From Alkalilimnicola ehrlichii MLHE-1 (lineage in GTDB: Bacteria > Pseudomonadota > Gammaproteobacteria > Nitrococcales > Halorhodospiraceae), in the NCBI RefSeq assembly GCF_000014785.1, contig NC_008340.1, positions 1,050,001 through 1,082,000 on the forward strand: a DNA stretch of 32,000 nucleotides. Reading direction: 5' to 3'. Positions 10,852-21,702 of this stretch are shown in pieces; position 1 is the first letter of the stretch, and the number at the start of each line of letters is the position of its first letter. The translations under genes were made by a program, and so were the position numbers. Under the pieces are notes generated by a model, which did no database searches, had not been told where the DNA came from, and saw only the letters and a program-made list of their open reading frames with translations.

Positions 10852-11840
10852 TGCCCGCCAACGCCCACCATCCCTATGCCAGCCTGGGCCCGGACCAGGT
10901 GCTGGATGCCGTCGAGGCCCTGGGTTTTCTACCTGACGGCCGCTTTCTGGCCCTGAACAGCTACGAGAACCGCGTCTACCAGGTCGGACTGGAGGAGGCG
11001 GCACCGGTGGTGGTCAAGTTCTACCGGCCGGAGCGCTGGAGCGACGAGGCCATCCTGGAAGAGCACGCCTGGTGCGAAGAGCTGGTGGCCCGTGACGTCC
11101 CCGTGGTGCCGCCGTTGCGCATTCAGGGGCGGACCCTGCACCGGCACGAGGGCTTCCGGCTGGCGGTCTATCGCCGGCGCGGCGGGCGTGCGCCCGCCCT
11201 GGACGACCCGGAAGTGCGGCTCTGGCTGGGCCGGTTCCTGGCCAGGATGCACACCGTGGGCGAGGCCGGCCGCTTCCGCCACCGGCCACTGATCCGCGAC
11301 ACCGGCGTGGCCCGTGAGCACCGGGACTGGTTGTTGGCCGAGGGCTGGATCCCGGCGCACCTGTGCGAAGCCTACCAGGGCGTGACCGATCACTTGCTCA
11401 TGTTGCTGGAGGCCCGCTTTGCCGACGCGGGCAACTGGGGCGCCATCCGGCTGCACGGCGACTGCCACGCCGGCAACATCCTTTGGCGCGAGGGGGAGGG
11501 GCCCCACTTCGTCGATATGGACGACTGCGTCGCCGGGCCCGCTGTGCAGGATCTCTGGATGCTGATCTCGGGCGATCGGCCGGAGCGCACCGTTCAGCTC
11601 TCCGACCTGCTGGAGGGCTATGAGCAGTTCCGGCCCTTCGACCGCCGGGAGCTGAACCTGATTGAGGCCCTGCGCACGCTGCGCATCATGGCCTACGCGG
11701 TCTGGCTGGCCCGCCGCTGGCACGATCCCGCCTTTCCCCAGGCCTTCCCCTGGTTCGGGGCCGATCGCTATTGGGAAGAGCACGTACTGGCCCTGCGCGA
11801 GCAGGTGGCCGCCATGGAGGAGCCGCCGCTGGTCGTCTGA
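10851..11840 (+). CDS. srkA: Stress response kinase A / YihE-type aminoglycoside phosphotransferase-fold protein kinase
   Basis: NSYENRVYQVG..., RLHGDCHAGNILWREGEGPHFVDMDDCVAGPAVQDLWML. Confidence 0.88.
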   Translation: MPANAHHPYASLGPDQVLDAVEALGFLPDGRFLALNSYENRVYQVGLEEAAPVVVKFYRPERWSDEAILEEHAWCEELVARDVPVVPPLRIQGRTLHRHEGFRLAVYRRRGGRAPALDDPEVRLWLGRFLARMHTVGEAGRFRHRPLIRDTGVAREHRDWLLAEGWIPAHLCEAYQGVTDHLLMLLEARFADAGNWGAIRLHGDCHAGNILWREGEGPHFVDMDDCVAGPAVQDLWMLISGDRPERTVQLSDLLEGYEQFRPFDRRELNLIEALRTLRIMAYAVWLARRWHDPAFPQAFPWFGADRYWEEHVLALREQVAAMEEPPLVV

Positions 11841-11844
11841 GGGC

Positions 11845-12543
11845 TTAGGCCATCACCTCCAGGACCGAGACCACCATCGCCAGGGTCACCAGAAGAATGA
11901 CCACCATCCGCCAGTGGCGCGCGCCGGAGGGCAGGCCCCGGCGCAACCGCCGTCGGCCCCAGAGCCAGCCGAAGCCGGCCAACAGCACCGCGGCGGTGAG
12001 GAAGGGCAGGGCCACCCGCCCGGCTTCGCCCAACACCACCGCGACCGAGGTGCCCGCGCCCAGCCCCAACCCCAGCCAGACCGCCGCCCACAGGGGGGCG
12101 GACAGGAGGTTGCCGAATAGGAAAAGGCGTCGGTCCATGTCCAGCATCCCCGCCACCGCTGGCAGGGTCGAACGGGTGGGTTTGGCGAAGCGGGAGACAA
12201 TGAGGCTGACGGCGCCGTGGCGGGCGAGGAAGGCTTGGTTGCGCTCCAGCAGCCCCGGGTGGTGACTGAATGGCCAGAGCCGATCGGTGCGGTGGCGCAG
12301 CCGGAAGCCCAGCTCATAGTTGGCCGCGCCGCCCACCAGCGCGCCTCCCGCTGCACCGGCGAAGGCGGGCAGCAGCAGCACCGGGTCGGAGGCGGCCAGG
12401 GCCCCCACCAGGAAGACCAGGCTCGCAGCGGGCACCAGGTAGCCCACCACCAGCAGCGATTCGAGCATGACGATCAAAAAGAGCCCGCCGGCCAGCCACA
12501 GGGGACTGTCAGAGAGCACCTTGACCAGGGACCCGAGTTCCAT
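11845..12543 (-). CDS. DedA-family / VTT-domain membrane protein
   Basis: 232 aa hydrophobic protein; GYLVPAASLVFLVGALAASDP, ELGFRLRHRTDRLWPFSHHPGLLERNQAFLARHGAVSLIVSRFAKPTRSTLPAVAGM resembles the DedA core. Confidence 0.8.
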   Translation of the reverse strand: MELGSLVKVLSDSPLWLAGGLFLIVMLESLLVVGYLVPAASLVFLVGALAASDPVLLLPAFAGAAGGALVGGAANYELGFRLRHRTDRLWPFSHHPGLLERNQAFLARHGAVSLIVSRFAKPTRSTLPAVAGMLDMDRRLFLFGNLLSAPLWAAVWLGLGLGAGTSVAVVLGEAGRVALPFLTAAVLLAGFGWLWGRRRLRRGLPSGARHWRMVVILLVTLAMVVSVLEVMA

Positions 12544-12546
12544 GGC

Positions 12547-13710
12547 TTAGCTGCCCGGTTGGGCCAAAAGCCGGATTCGGCCGACGTAGTCGATGGGAGC
12601 GGCCTGCTCGCGCAGGCGTTCCTGCAGTGCGGCGAGCGCCTGCAGTGTCCGGCCCTCCGGGAGGCCGGTCAGGATGACGTCCACATCCAGGCGGCCGTCG
12701 CGGTAGTGCAGGATGAGCCGGTTGTGCGGATAGTCATCCAGCAGCCGGCCCCAGGCCTCGCGCAATTCCGCCTCGGCCCGCCGCCGCAGCGGCAGGCGGA
12801 TGCTGCGCCGGGCCTCGGTGATGCCCTCGTGATCCACGTGCACCAGCACCTCGGCCACGTGGTCCACCTCGCGGCAGAGGCGCAGGAGCACTGCGTCGCT
12901 GATCCGGTGGCCCTCGGAGACGCTGATGTCCTGGGCGACACGGATGTGCACGTCCACCAGGGTGTCGGAACCCATGCGCCGGGTGCGCAGGTCCTCATGG
13001 CCTTCCACCCCGTCCACGCTGTCGATGAGCCGGCCGATGTAGGCCAACTCGTCGGGATCGAGCCCGGTGTCCACCAGCTCACGGGCGGAGTGCCAGGCCA
13101 ACCGCCAGCCCACGGCGCCGATCATCAGCGCCACCACCAGCGCGGCGAGGGCGTCCAGCCACGGCAGGCCGGCCATAGCGCCGCCGACACCGACAATCAC
13201 CACCACCGAGGAGAGTGCATCCGAGCGGTGGTGCCAGGCATTGGCGTGGATCAGGTCGGAGCGCACCGCATTCGCCACATGGGTGGTGTAGTGGTAGAGC
13301 GCCTCCTTGGCCAGCACCGAGAAGATGGCAGCCGCCAGCGCGATCCAGCCCGGGGTGAGCAGATCCTCCGGGTTCATCATGCGGATGGCGGCGTCGTAGG
13401 CAAAGCCCCCCGCCACCAGCAGCAGCAGGGCGCCGACGCCCACCGTGGCGGCCGTCTCGATGCGGGCGTGGCCGTAGGGGTGGTCCAGGTCGGCGCCGTA
13501 GCTGCCCACCCGGGCCGCCCAGAGCACCAGGGCGTCGCTGACCAGATCGGACAGCGAGTGGACGCCGTCGACGATGAGCGCCTGGGAGTTGCCCACCGCA
13601 CCGGCGATGATCTTGCCGATGGCGAGCAGGACATTGACCAGGGACCCGACCAGGGTCACCCGCCGCTTGGCTTGGTAGTCGTCTCCGTTCAGGATCTGTT
13701 CGGCGCTCAT
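12547..13710 (-). CDS. Cation diffusion facilitator (FieF-like) divalent metal transporter
   Basis: NSQALIVDGVHSLSDLVSDALVLWAAR and HPYGHARIETAATV; later HAWHHRSDALSS. Confidence 0.92.
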   Translation of the reverse strand: MSAEQILNGDDYQAKRRVTLVGSLVNVLLAIGKIIAGAVGNSQALIVDGVHSLSDLVSDALVLWAARVGSYGADLDHPYGHARIETAATVGVGALLLLVAGGFAYDAAIRMMNPEDLLTPGWIALAAAIFSVLAKEALYHYTTHVANAVRSDLIHANAWHHRSDALSSVVVIVGVGGAMAGLPWLDALAALVVALMIGAVGWRLAWHSARELVDTGLDPDELAYIGRLIDSVDGVEGHEDLRTRRMGSDTLVDVHIRVAQDISVSEGHRISDAVLLRLCREVDHVAEVLVHVDHEGITEARRSIRLPLRRRAEAELREAWGRLLDDYPHNRLILHYRDGRLDVDVILTGLPEGRTLQALAALQERLREQAAPIDYVGRIRLLAQPGS

Positions 13711-14183
13711 TGGGGACGGGCGGATTCCCGCTCCTCCTGCAGGCGGCAGTGCGGACAGACCGCAAAGAACTCCATGCTGTGGCTGATGTCGCTGTAGCCG
13801 CGGGCGCGGAGCTTTTCCTCCAGCCAGTGTGGCGGGCAGACGTCCATGGCCTCCTTGCGCTGGCAGATCCGGCAGACCACATAGTGGCGGTGGTGCCCGG
13901 ACTGATCGTTGAGCTCGTAACGGGCGTTACCGTCGCCGAACTCGTGCCGCTGAACCAGACCCACCCGCTCAAAGTCGGCCAGGCAGCGGTAGACCGTGAC
14001 CAGGTCGCAGGCCTGCTCGCCCATGCGGGCGTGAATCTCGCGGCTGCTCAGGGGTTGCTCCTCGTGCGCGAGCACTTCCAACACGTAGCGGCGGGGACGG
14101 GTGTTGCGCAGGCCGCTGTGGCGCAGGCGCTGTGCCAGGTCCTGGGGGTCGCGTTGCTTGCTGTGACCGGCTTCGGTAGTCAT
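13707..14183 (-). CDS. Fur-family metalloregulator (Zur/Fur-like)
   Basis: GLRNTRPRRYVLEVLAHEEQPLSSREIHARM...LVTVYRCLADFERVGLVQRHEFGDGNARYEL...HHRHYVVCRICQ...CPHC; 3' end overlaps CDF gene start. Confidence 0.88.
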   Translation of the reverse strand: MTTEAGHSKQRDPQDLAQRLRHSGLRNTRPRRYVLEVLAHEEQPLSSREIHARMGEQACDLVTVYRCLADFERVGLVQRHEFGDGNARYELNDQSGHHRHYVVCRICQRKEAMDVCPPHWLEEKLRARGYSDISHSMEFFAVCPHCRLQEERESARPQ

Positions 14184-14215
14184 GCCGCCTCCCTGGGTTC
14201 GTGCCCGGCGCCGGC

Positions 14216-14521
14216 TCAGCCCTGCTGTCGTCCGGCCTCCGTCTGGGCAAACGCCGCCAGCTCCTCGGTGCTGGCCTCGCGCTGGTGGCGTGCCTTCCAC
14301 TCATCGTAGGGCATGCCGTAGACGATCTCTCTTGCCTGATCATAATCCATAGGCACGCCCCGCTCCTCGGCCGCCGCCAAGTACCACTTGGAGAGGCAGT
14401 TGCGGCAAAAGCCGGCCAAGTTCATCAGCTCGATGTTCTGTACGTCGGTGCGCTCACGCAGGTGCTGCACCAGGGCACGGAAGGCCGCGGCCTCAAGTTC
14501 AGTGCGGGTCTTGTCGTCCAT
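14216..14521 (-). CDS. DUF1244-family small protein
   Basis: 101 aa; FRALVQHLRERTDVQNIELMNLAGFCRNCLSKWYLAAAEERGVPMDYDQAREIVYGMPYDEWKARHQ. Confidence 0.88.
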   Translation of the reverse strand: MDDKTRTELEAAAFRALVQHLRERTDVQNIELMNLAGFCRNCLSKWYLAAAEERGVPMDYDQAREIVYGMPYDEWKARHQREASTEELAAFAQTEAGRQQG

Positions 14522-14595
14522 AGTCTTGCTTACCGGAGGCTGTGTTGATTATCAGGGCTTTCGCATACTCGGGGGGGTATGTTACCACTCCTAAC

Positions 14596-15063
14596 CTACT
14601 CCCCGTCATCGCGAGGGCCGAAGGCTTTCCCCCGTCATCGCGAGGGCCGCAGGCCCGTGGCGATCCAGGGCGGTAGACTGCCGCGTCGGCTTCGCCTCCT
14701 CGCAGTGACGGTGGGGGCGACCTTCCGCTTCCGGCACAGTCAAGTTCTTCAAGAGGGCCGAAGGCTTTTCCCCGTCATCGCGAGGGCCGAAGGCCCGTGG
14801 CGATCCAGGGCGGTAGACTGCCACGTCGGCTTCGCCTCCTCGTAGTGACGGTGGGGGTGGGGCCCGCTCGCAGTGACGGTGGGGGTGGGGCCCGCTCGCA
14901 GTGACGGTGGGGGCGGCCTGCTCCTCCCTGCACAGTCCAGTTCTTCAAGAGGTGTGCCCCTTACTCCCCGTCATCGCGAGGAGCGAAGCGACGCGGCGAT
15001 CCATGCGGCGTGTGGATTGCCACGCCCCTTCGGGGCTCGCAATGACGGTGGGAAAGGCCGGGG
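14596..15063. repeat. Cluster of imperfect dyad intergenic repeats of the form CCCCGTCATCGCGAGG(N)...GCGATCCA...GCAGTGACGG
   Basis: Copies beginning near 14599, 14770 and 14957; right end (C)GCAGTGACGGTGGGGG is additionally reiterated at about 14836-14912; CACAGT(C/A)(C/A)AGTTCTTCAAGAGG also occurs twice (about 14737 and 14931). Confidence 0.85.
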
Positions 15064-15081
15064 GAGGGCGCCCGTTGCCGT

Positions 15082-16890
<1,809 letters not shown>

Positions 16891-16948
16891 GGAGTCGTGA
16901 CAGGTCGTTGCTGATACGGGGGCGCTATCATCCGGGAGTTGGGGGCTG

Positions 16949-17959
16949 GTGTCGAGGGTTTATTCCCCGTCTTTGATAGAATCCGGGGTTTGCGGTGCTT
17001 TGGGCGGTGCTCTGATGATGGGTTCCGCGCAAACACTTGCCACCCGGCACGCTCCGAACCCAAGAGGTCTCGTCATGGGCATGGGCCTGAAAACCCTGCA
17101 GAAGCGTCTCAGCCACCTGACCGGCAACGCCATCCGCGATTACCGCATGATCGAGGAGGGCGACCGGGTCATGGTCTGCCTGTCCGGGGGCAAGGACTCC
17201 TACGCCCTGCTGGACGTGCTGCTGCGCCTGCAAAAGCGCGCGCCGGTGCGCTTCGAGCTGGTGGCGGTGAACCTGGACCAGAAGCAGCCCGGCTTCCCGG
17301 AGCATGTGCTGCCCGAGTACCTGGCATCGCTGGGCGTGCCCTACCGGATACTGGAGGCGGACACCTACTCCACCGTGGAGCGGGTGATCCCCGAGGGCAA
17401 GACCAAGTGCTCGCTCTGCTCGCGGCTGCGCCGGGGGCTGCTCTACGGGGCGGCGGAGGAGATGGGCTGCAGCAAGATCGCGCTGGGCCACCACCGCGAC
17501 GACATCCTGGAGACCTTCTTCCTCAACCTCTTCTATGGCGGCCGGCTGGCGGCCATGCCGCCCAAGCTGCGCTCCAACAATGGCCGCCACGTGGTGATCC
17601 GGCCGCTGGCCTATGTGCCGGAGCCCTATCTGGAGCGCTATGCCGAGCGCATGGCGTTTCCCATCATCCCCTGCACCCTTTGTGGCTCGCAGCCGGACCT
17701 GAAGCGCCAGATGATCAAGGCGATGCTGCGGGAGTGGGGTGAGATCGAGCCGCGCCGGCTGGCGAATATCTTCAGTGCCCTGCAGAACGTGCAGCCGTCC
17801 CACCTGGCGGACAAGGAGCTGTACGATTTCATCAACCTGGTGGGCAGCGTGCAGCCGGGCGAGGACCCCGTCTCGGCGTTGGAAACGCCCCATGGCGACG
17901 GCTTCCCGGCGGCGGAGGTGTTGTCCGGGGTGCAGCGCCACGACCCGCAGTCGGCCTGA
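16949..17959 (+). CDS. ttcA: tRNA 2-thiocytidine biosynthesis protein TtcA (start uncertain; the core begins after about 17060)
   Basis: [20 protein letters not shown]-loop, [12 protein letters not shown] and CTLCGSQ cysteine pairs. Confidence 0.94.
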   Translation: MSRVYSPSLIESGVCGALGGALMMGSAQTLATRHAPNPRGLVMGMGLKTLQKRLSHLTGNAIRDYRMIEEGDRVMVCLSGGKDSYALLDVLLRLQKRAPVRFELVAVNLDQKQPGFPEHVLPEYLASLGVPYRILEADTYSTVERVIPEGKTKCSLCSRLRRGLLYGAAEEMGCSKIALGHHRDDILETFFLNLFYGGRLAAMPPKLRSNNGRHVVIRPLAYVPEPYLERYAERMAFPIIPCTLCGSQPDLKRQMIKAMLREWGEIEPRRLANIFSALQNVQPSHLADKELYDFINLVGSVQPGEDPVSALETPHGDGFPAAEVLSGVQRHDPQSA

Positions 17960-17993
17960 GCCCGCCCGCCGCCAGGGGCGCCCCGCTGGCTGC

Positions 17994-19454
17994 TCAGCCG
18001 TCGCCGTTGCCGGACCGCAGGAAGCTATCCACCTCGCGCACGGTGTTGCCGTCCAGGGCCAGGCCCACGGCGGCCTGCAGCTCCAGGTAGCCGAGCAGGT
18101 AGGCGTAGCGCGCGGCGGCGAGCTGGCGCTCGACGGCGTACCGCTGCTGCTTGGCCTGCAGCAGGTCCGCGGTGGTGCGCATACCGGCCGCCAGCCCCTC
18201 GCGCACCGCCTGTTCGGTGCCGCGCGCCGAGCGCAGGGCCTGCTCCAGGGCCAGGATACGCTCCCGGCCGCTGTTCAGGTTGCGGCTCGCCTCCTGGGCC
18301 CGCAGCTCAGCGCCGCGGCGAATCTCGGTCAGCTCCTGCAGGGCGGCGTCGCGCTCGGCCTCGCTCTGGCGCACCCGGGAGGTGGTGAGGCCGCCGGTAT
18401 AGAGGGGCATGGACAGTTGCACGCTGACACTGCCCCCCTCCACGTCCAGCCGGTCGCCGACCCCGAACGGCCCCTCGTCCTGCCAGCGCCGCCCATAGCG
18501 CCCGATCAGGTCCACCCGAGGTTGGTGCGCCGCCCGCCGGTACTGGATCTCCTGGCGGGCGATCTCCAGATCGCGGTGGGCCAACTGCACGGTCAGGTTA
18601 TAGCGCCGGGCGAGATTGGCCCAGTGGTCGGGCTGGGGCGGGTCCAGCGCGGAGGGCCGGAACTCGGGGCTGATCGGGGTCAAGGGGCCGGGCAGGGGGC
18701 CGGCCAACTGCTGGAGCTGCTGGCGGGCCAGGTCGCGCTCGTTGCGGGCGCTGATTTGTTCCGCCTGCACCTGATCGCGCCGGGCAAGGGCCTCGTCCAC
18801 ATCGGTGCGGCTGCCGATGCCCGCCTCCAGATTGTGGCGTGCCCGCTCAAGTTGGGCGTTCACGGACGCCAGTTCGGCCTCGGTCAGGCGGACGGTCTCG
18901 TTGCCGAGCTGGAGCTGAAAATAGGCCTCGGCCACCTGCAGGATCAGGTCCTGGTGTGCCAGCTCCAAGGCCAGTTCAGCGGCGGAGACCTGGCTGCGCG
19001 CCTGCTCCAGCCGGGCGAAATTCTCGCCACGGTAGAGCGGCTGCACCACCTGCACCGCCCCCTGTCGGGTCTCGAAGCGGCTATCGAAACGCTCGGAGAT
19101 ACCGAGGGCGGCGGCCAGATCGGCTGCCGGGCCGACGGCCTCGTCCAGGCCCAGGTCCAGCCGGGTGCGCTCGTCGGTGTAACCCCACTGGGCCTCTACG
19201 CCGATCTCGGGCAGGAAGGCGGAGCGGGCCTGGGGCAGCACTTCGCGGCGCGCGCGCAGCCGGTCCTGTTCGGCGGCGAAGCGCGCGTTGTAATCCAGTG
19301 CGTTTTGGTAAATGTCGACCAGGCTGGCGTCCTGCCCGGCCATGGCGGCCGGGGGCACGACGGCCAGCAGGGTGGCGATCAGCAGTTTCTTCAATTGAGG
19401 CCCTGTCCCTTCCGTCACCGGTGCTGCCGTTGGCCACATTGTAACCACAGCCAC
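17994..19454 (-). CDS. TolC-family outer membrane efflux protein
   Basis: 486 aa, signal-like N-terminus, DASLVDIYQNALDYNARFAAEQDRLRARREVLPQARSAFLPEI, coiled-coil repeats. Confidence 0.9.
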   Translation of the reverse strand: MAVVTMWPTAAPVTEGTGPQLKKLLIATLLAVVPPAAMAGQDASLVDIYQNALDYNARFAAEQDRLRARREVLPQARSAFLPEIGVEAQWGYTDERTRLDLGLDEAVGPAADLAAALGISERFDSRFETRQGAVQVVQPLYRGENFARLEQARSQVSAAELALELAHQDLILQVAEAYFQLQLGNETVRLTEAELASVNAQLERARHNLEAGIGSRTDVDEALARRDQVQAEQISARNERDLARQQLQQLAGPLPGPLTPISPEFRPSALDPPQPDHWANLARRYNLTVQLAHRDLEIARQEIQYRRAAHQPRVDLIGRYGRRWQDEGPFGVGDRLDVEGGSVSVQLSMPLYTGGLTTSRVRQSEAERDAALQELTEIRRGAELRAQEASRNLNSGRERILALEQALRSARGTEQAVREGLAAGMRTTADLLQAKQQRYAVERQLAAARYAYLLGYLELQAAVGLALDGNTVREVDSFLRSGNGDG

Positions 19455-19508
19455 CGGATATTGCCCGGCAGAGGGCCGGGCAGGGCAGGTGCGCGCCGCG
19501 GGCAGGCC

Positions 19509-20330
19509 TCAGCGCCGGGGTTCGCCGGTCTTGTCGTGTTCGATCTCGGCGAAGGCGGAGTGGTTGTGGATGGACTCGAAGTTCTCGGCCGTCACGTTGT
19601 AGGCCAGCACCCGGTCCTCGTCGTTGAGGCGGATGGCCACATCGCGCACCAGGTCCTCGACGAACTTGGGGTTCTCGTAAGCGCGCTCGGTGACGTACTT
19701 CTCGTCCGGCCGCTTGAGAAGCCCGTAGAGCTCGCAGGAGGCCTCCTCCTCGACCAGGTCGATCAGGTCCTCCACCCAGAGCAGATCGCGGGTCTTGGCG
19801 GTGACCGTCACGTGGGAGCGCTGGTTGTGCGCGCCGTAGCGGGAGATCTCCTTGGAGCAGGGGCAGAGGCTGGTCACCGGCACCACCACCCGGATGGCCA
19901 GCTCCGGCTCGCCCTCGTGGATCTCACCGATGAAGGCGACCTGATAGTCCATCAGGCTCTGCACCCCGGTGACCGGTGCCGTCTTGCGCACGAACAGCGG
20001 GAAGGCCATCTCGATGTGACCGGATTCGGCCTCCAGCCGCTCGGCCACCTCGTGCAGCATCTCCCGAAAGGACTGCACGGTAATCTCGGTGTCGTGCCCC
20101 TCGAGGATCTGCACGAAGCGGGACATGTGCGTGCCCTTGAAGTGCTGAGGCAGGTTCACATACATGCTGAAATTGGCCACGGTGTGCTGTTCCTGGCCGT
20201 CCCGGCCGCCTACCCGCACCGGATGGCGGATGTCCTTGATCCCCACCTTGTTGATGGGAATGCGGCGGCTGTCTTGGCGGGCCTGCACGTCCTCGATGGA
20301 GACGGTGGCGAGCTTTTCTGCCTCAGGCAT
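19509..20330 (-). CDS. folE2: GTP cyclohydrolase I type 2 (FolE2)
   Basis: [73 protein letters not shown]. Confidence 0.94.
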
Positions 20331-20392
20331 GGTGATCGGTCCTCGGGGTGTTCACACGCGACGATAGATACGAATAATACTATATCGCGTTT

Positions 20393-21313
20393 TCAGTGGT
20401 TCCGGCCAATGCAGTATTCGGCAATGCCGCGTAGCACATCGGCGCTCTGGTCCAGCCCCTCCAGCGACTCCAGGGCGTCCTCCACCAGCCGGTCAGCCGT
20501 CTCGCGGGCCTCGCGCATGCCCAGCAGGGCGGGGTAGGTGGCCTTGGCCTGGCGCTGGTCCGAGCCCCGGGCCTTGCCCAAGGCCTCGGTCTCGCCCTCC
20601 ACATCCAGGATGTCGTCGCGGATCTGGAAGGCGAGCCCGATGCACTTGCCGTAATGGTCCAGCCGCTGGAGCAGCTCCTCGTCCACCGGGCTGGCGGCCA
20701 GGGCGCCGAGCTGCACGCTGGCCCGGATCAGGGCGCCCGTCTTGTGGATGTGCATATCCTCGAGCTGGGCCACGTCCAGTTGCTGCCCGGTGGCGGCCAG
20801 GTCGATGGCCTGCCCCCCCGCCATACCGCGGGAGCCGGCGGCCAGCGCCAGCACCTCGACCATCCGCAGCCGGGCGCGGCTGTTCTGCACCCCCCCCGGG
20901 TCGTGGGCCAGGATGTGAAAGGCCAGCGTCTGCAGCGCGTCCCCGGCCAAAATGGCGGTGGCCTCGTCGAAGGCCTTGTGACAGGTGGGCTGACCCCGGC
21001 GCAGCTCGTCGTCGTCCATGGCCGGCAGGTCGTCGTGGATGAGCGAGTAGGCGTGGATGCACTCCACCGCGCAGGCGGGGCCGTCCAGCAGGGTGGGGGC
21101 CGCGCCCAGGGCCTGCCCGGTGGCAAAAACCAGTATCGGGCGCAGCCGCTTGCCGCCGGACAACGCGGAATAGCGCATGGCCTGGTGCAGGCGCGCGGGG
21201 TGGGTCTGCGCCTCCGGCAACCAGTAGTCCAGCGCCTGCTCCACCCGGGCACGCCAGGTGGGGCTGACACGTTCAAGTGTCGCGATGTGCCGGATCTTCG
21301 AAGGCTTGTTCAT
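20393..21313 (-). CDS. ispA: Geranyl/farnesyl diphosphate synthase
   Basis: SGGKRLRP, ECIHAYSLIHDDLPAMDDDELRRG, IGLAFQIRDDILDVEGE. Confidence 0.95.
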   Translation of the reverse strand: MNKPSKIRHIATLERVSPTWRARVEQALDYWLPEAQTHPARLHQAMRYSALSGGKRLRPILVFATGQALGAAPTLLDGPACAVECIHAYSLIHDDLPAMDDDELRRGQPTCHKAFDEATAILAGDALQTLAFHILAHDPGGVQNSRARLRMVEVLALAAGSRGMAGGQAIDLAATGQQLDVAQLEDMHIHKTGALIRASVQLGALAASPVDEELLQRLDHYGKCIGLAFQIRDDILDVEGETEALGKARGSDQRQAKATYPALLGMREARETADRLVEDALESLEGLDQSADVLRGIAEYCIGRNH

Positions 21314-21530
21314 GGGCGTCCGCCCCTTGGCCGATGAGGGTTTCCACTTTCTGCTCCGCCTCCTGCAGCGCCTTCTGGCAGGCGCGGGTCAGCTCAACGC
21401 CGCGCTCGAACTGGCGCAGCGACTCCTCCAGGGAGAGTTCACCGCGCTCCATGCGCTCGACCAGGCCTTCCAGCTCTTTCAGCGCGGCCTCGAAATCAAA
21501 GGAATCAGAACCAGAAGAGGGGGTATCCAT
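21273..21530 (-). CDS. xseB: Exodeoxyribonuclease VII small subunit
   Basis: DFEAALKELEGLVERMERGELSLEESLRQFERGVELTRACQKALQEAEQKV; 3' end overlaps ispA start. Confidence 0.92.
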   Translation of the reverse strand: MDTPSSGSDSFDFEAALKELEGLVERMERGELSLEESLRQFERGVELTRACQKALQEAEQKVETLIGQGADAHEQAFEDPAHRDT

Positions 21531-21702
21531 GGGGCTTCCTGCAGGGCTTGCCAAGCGGTGTCGGGCCGCACCACGCGGCCATGAGACGGCTAAAGCTAAC
21601 CCGCCGGTGCCGCCGCGGTCAACGCGGGGGCATTAGCGCCGAGCCGGTGGCGGCGTTACACTCCAGCACGCTTGTCGTTCAACAGGAGGCAACGCCCCGC
21701 CC

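Noticed and set aside
17739-20537. 932-aa plus-strand ORF
   Set aside because: Runs antisense to the tolC-like gene and folE2, both with strong family motifs, and has low-complexity composition. Shadow ORF.
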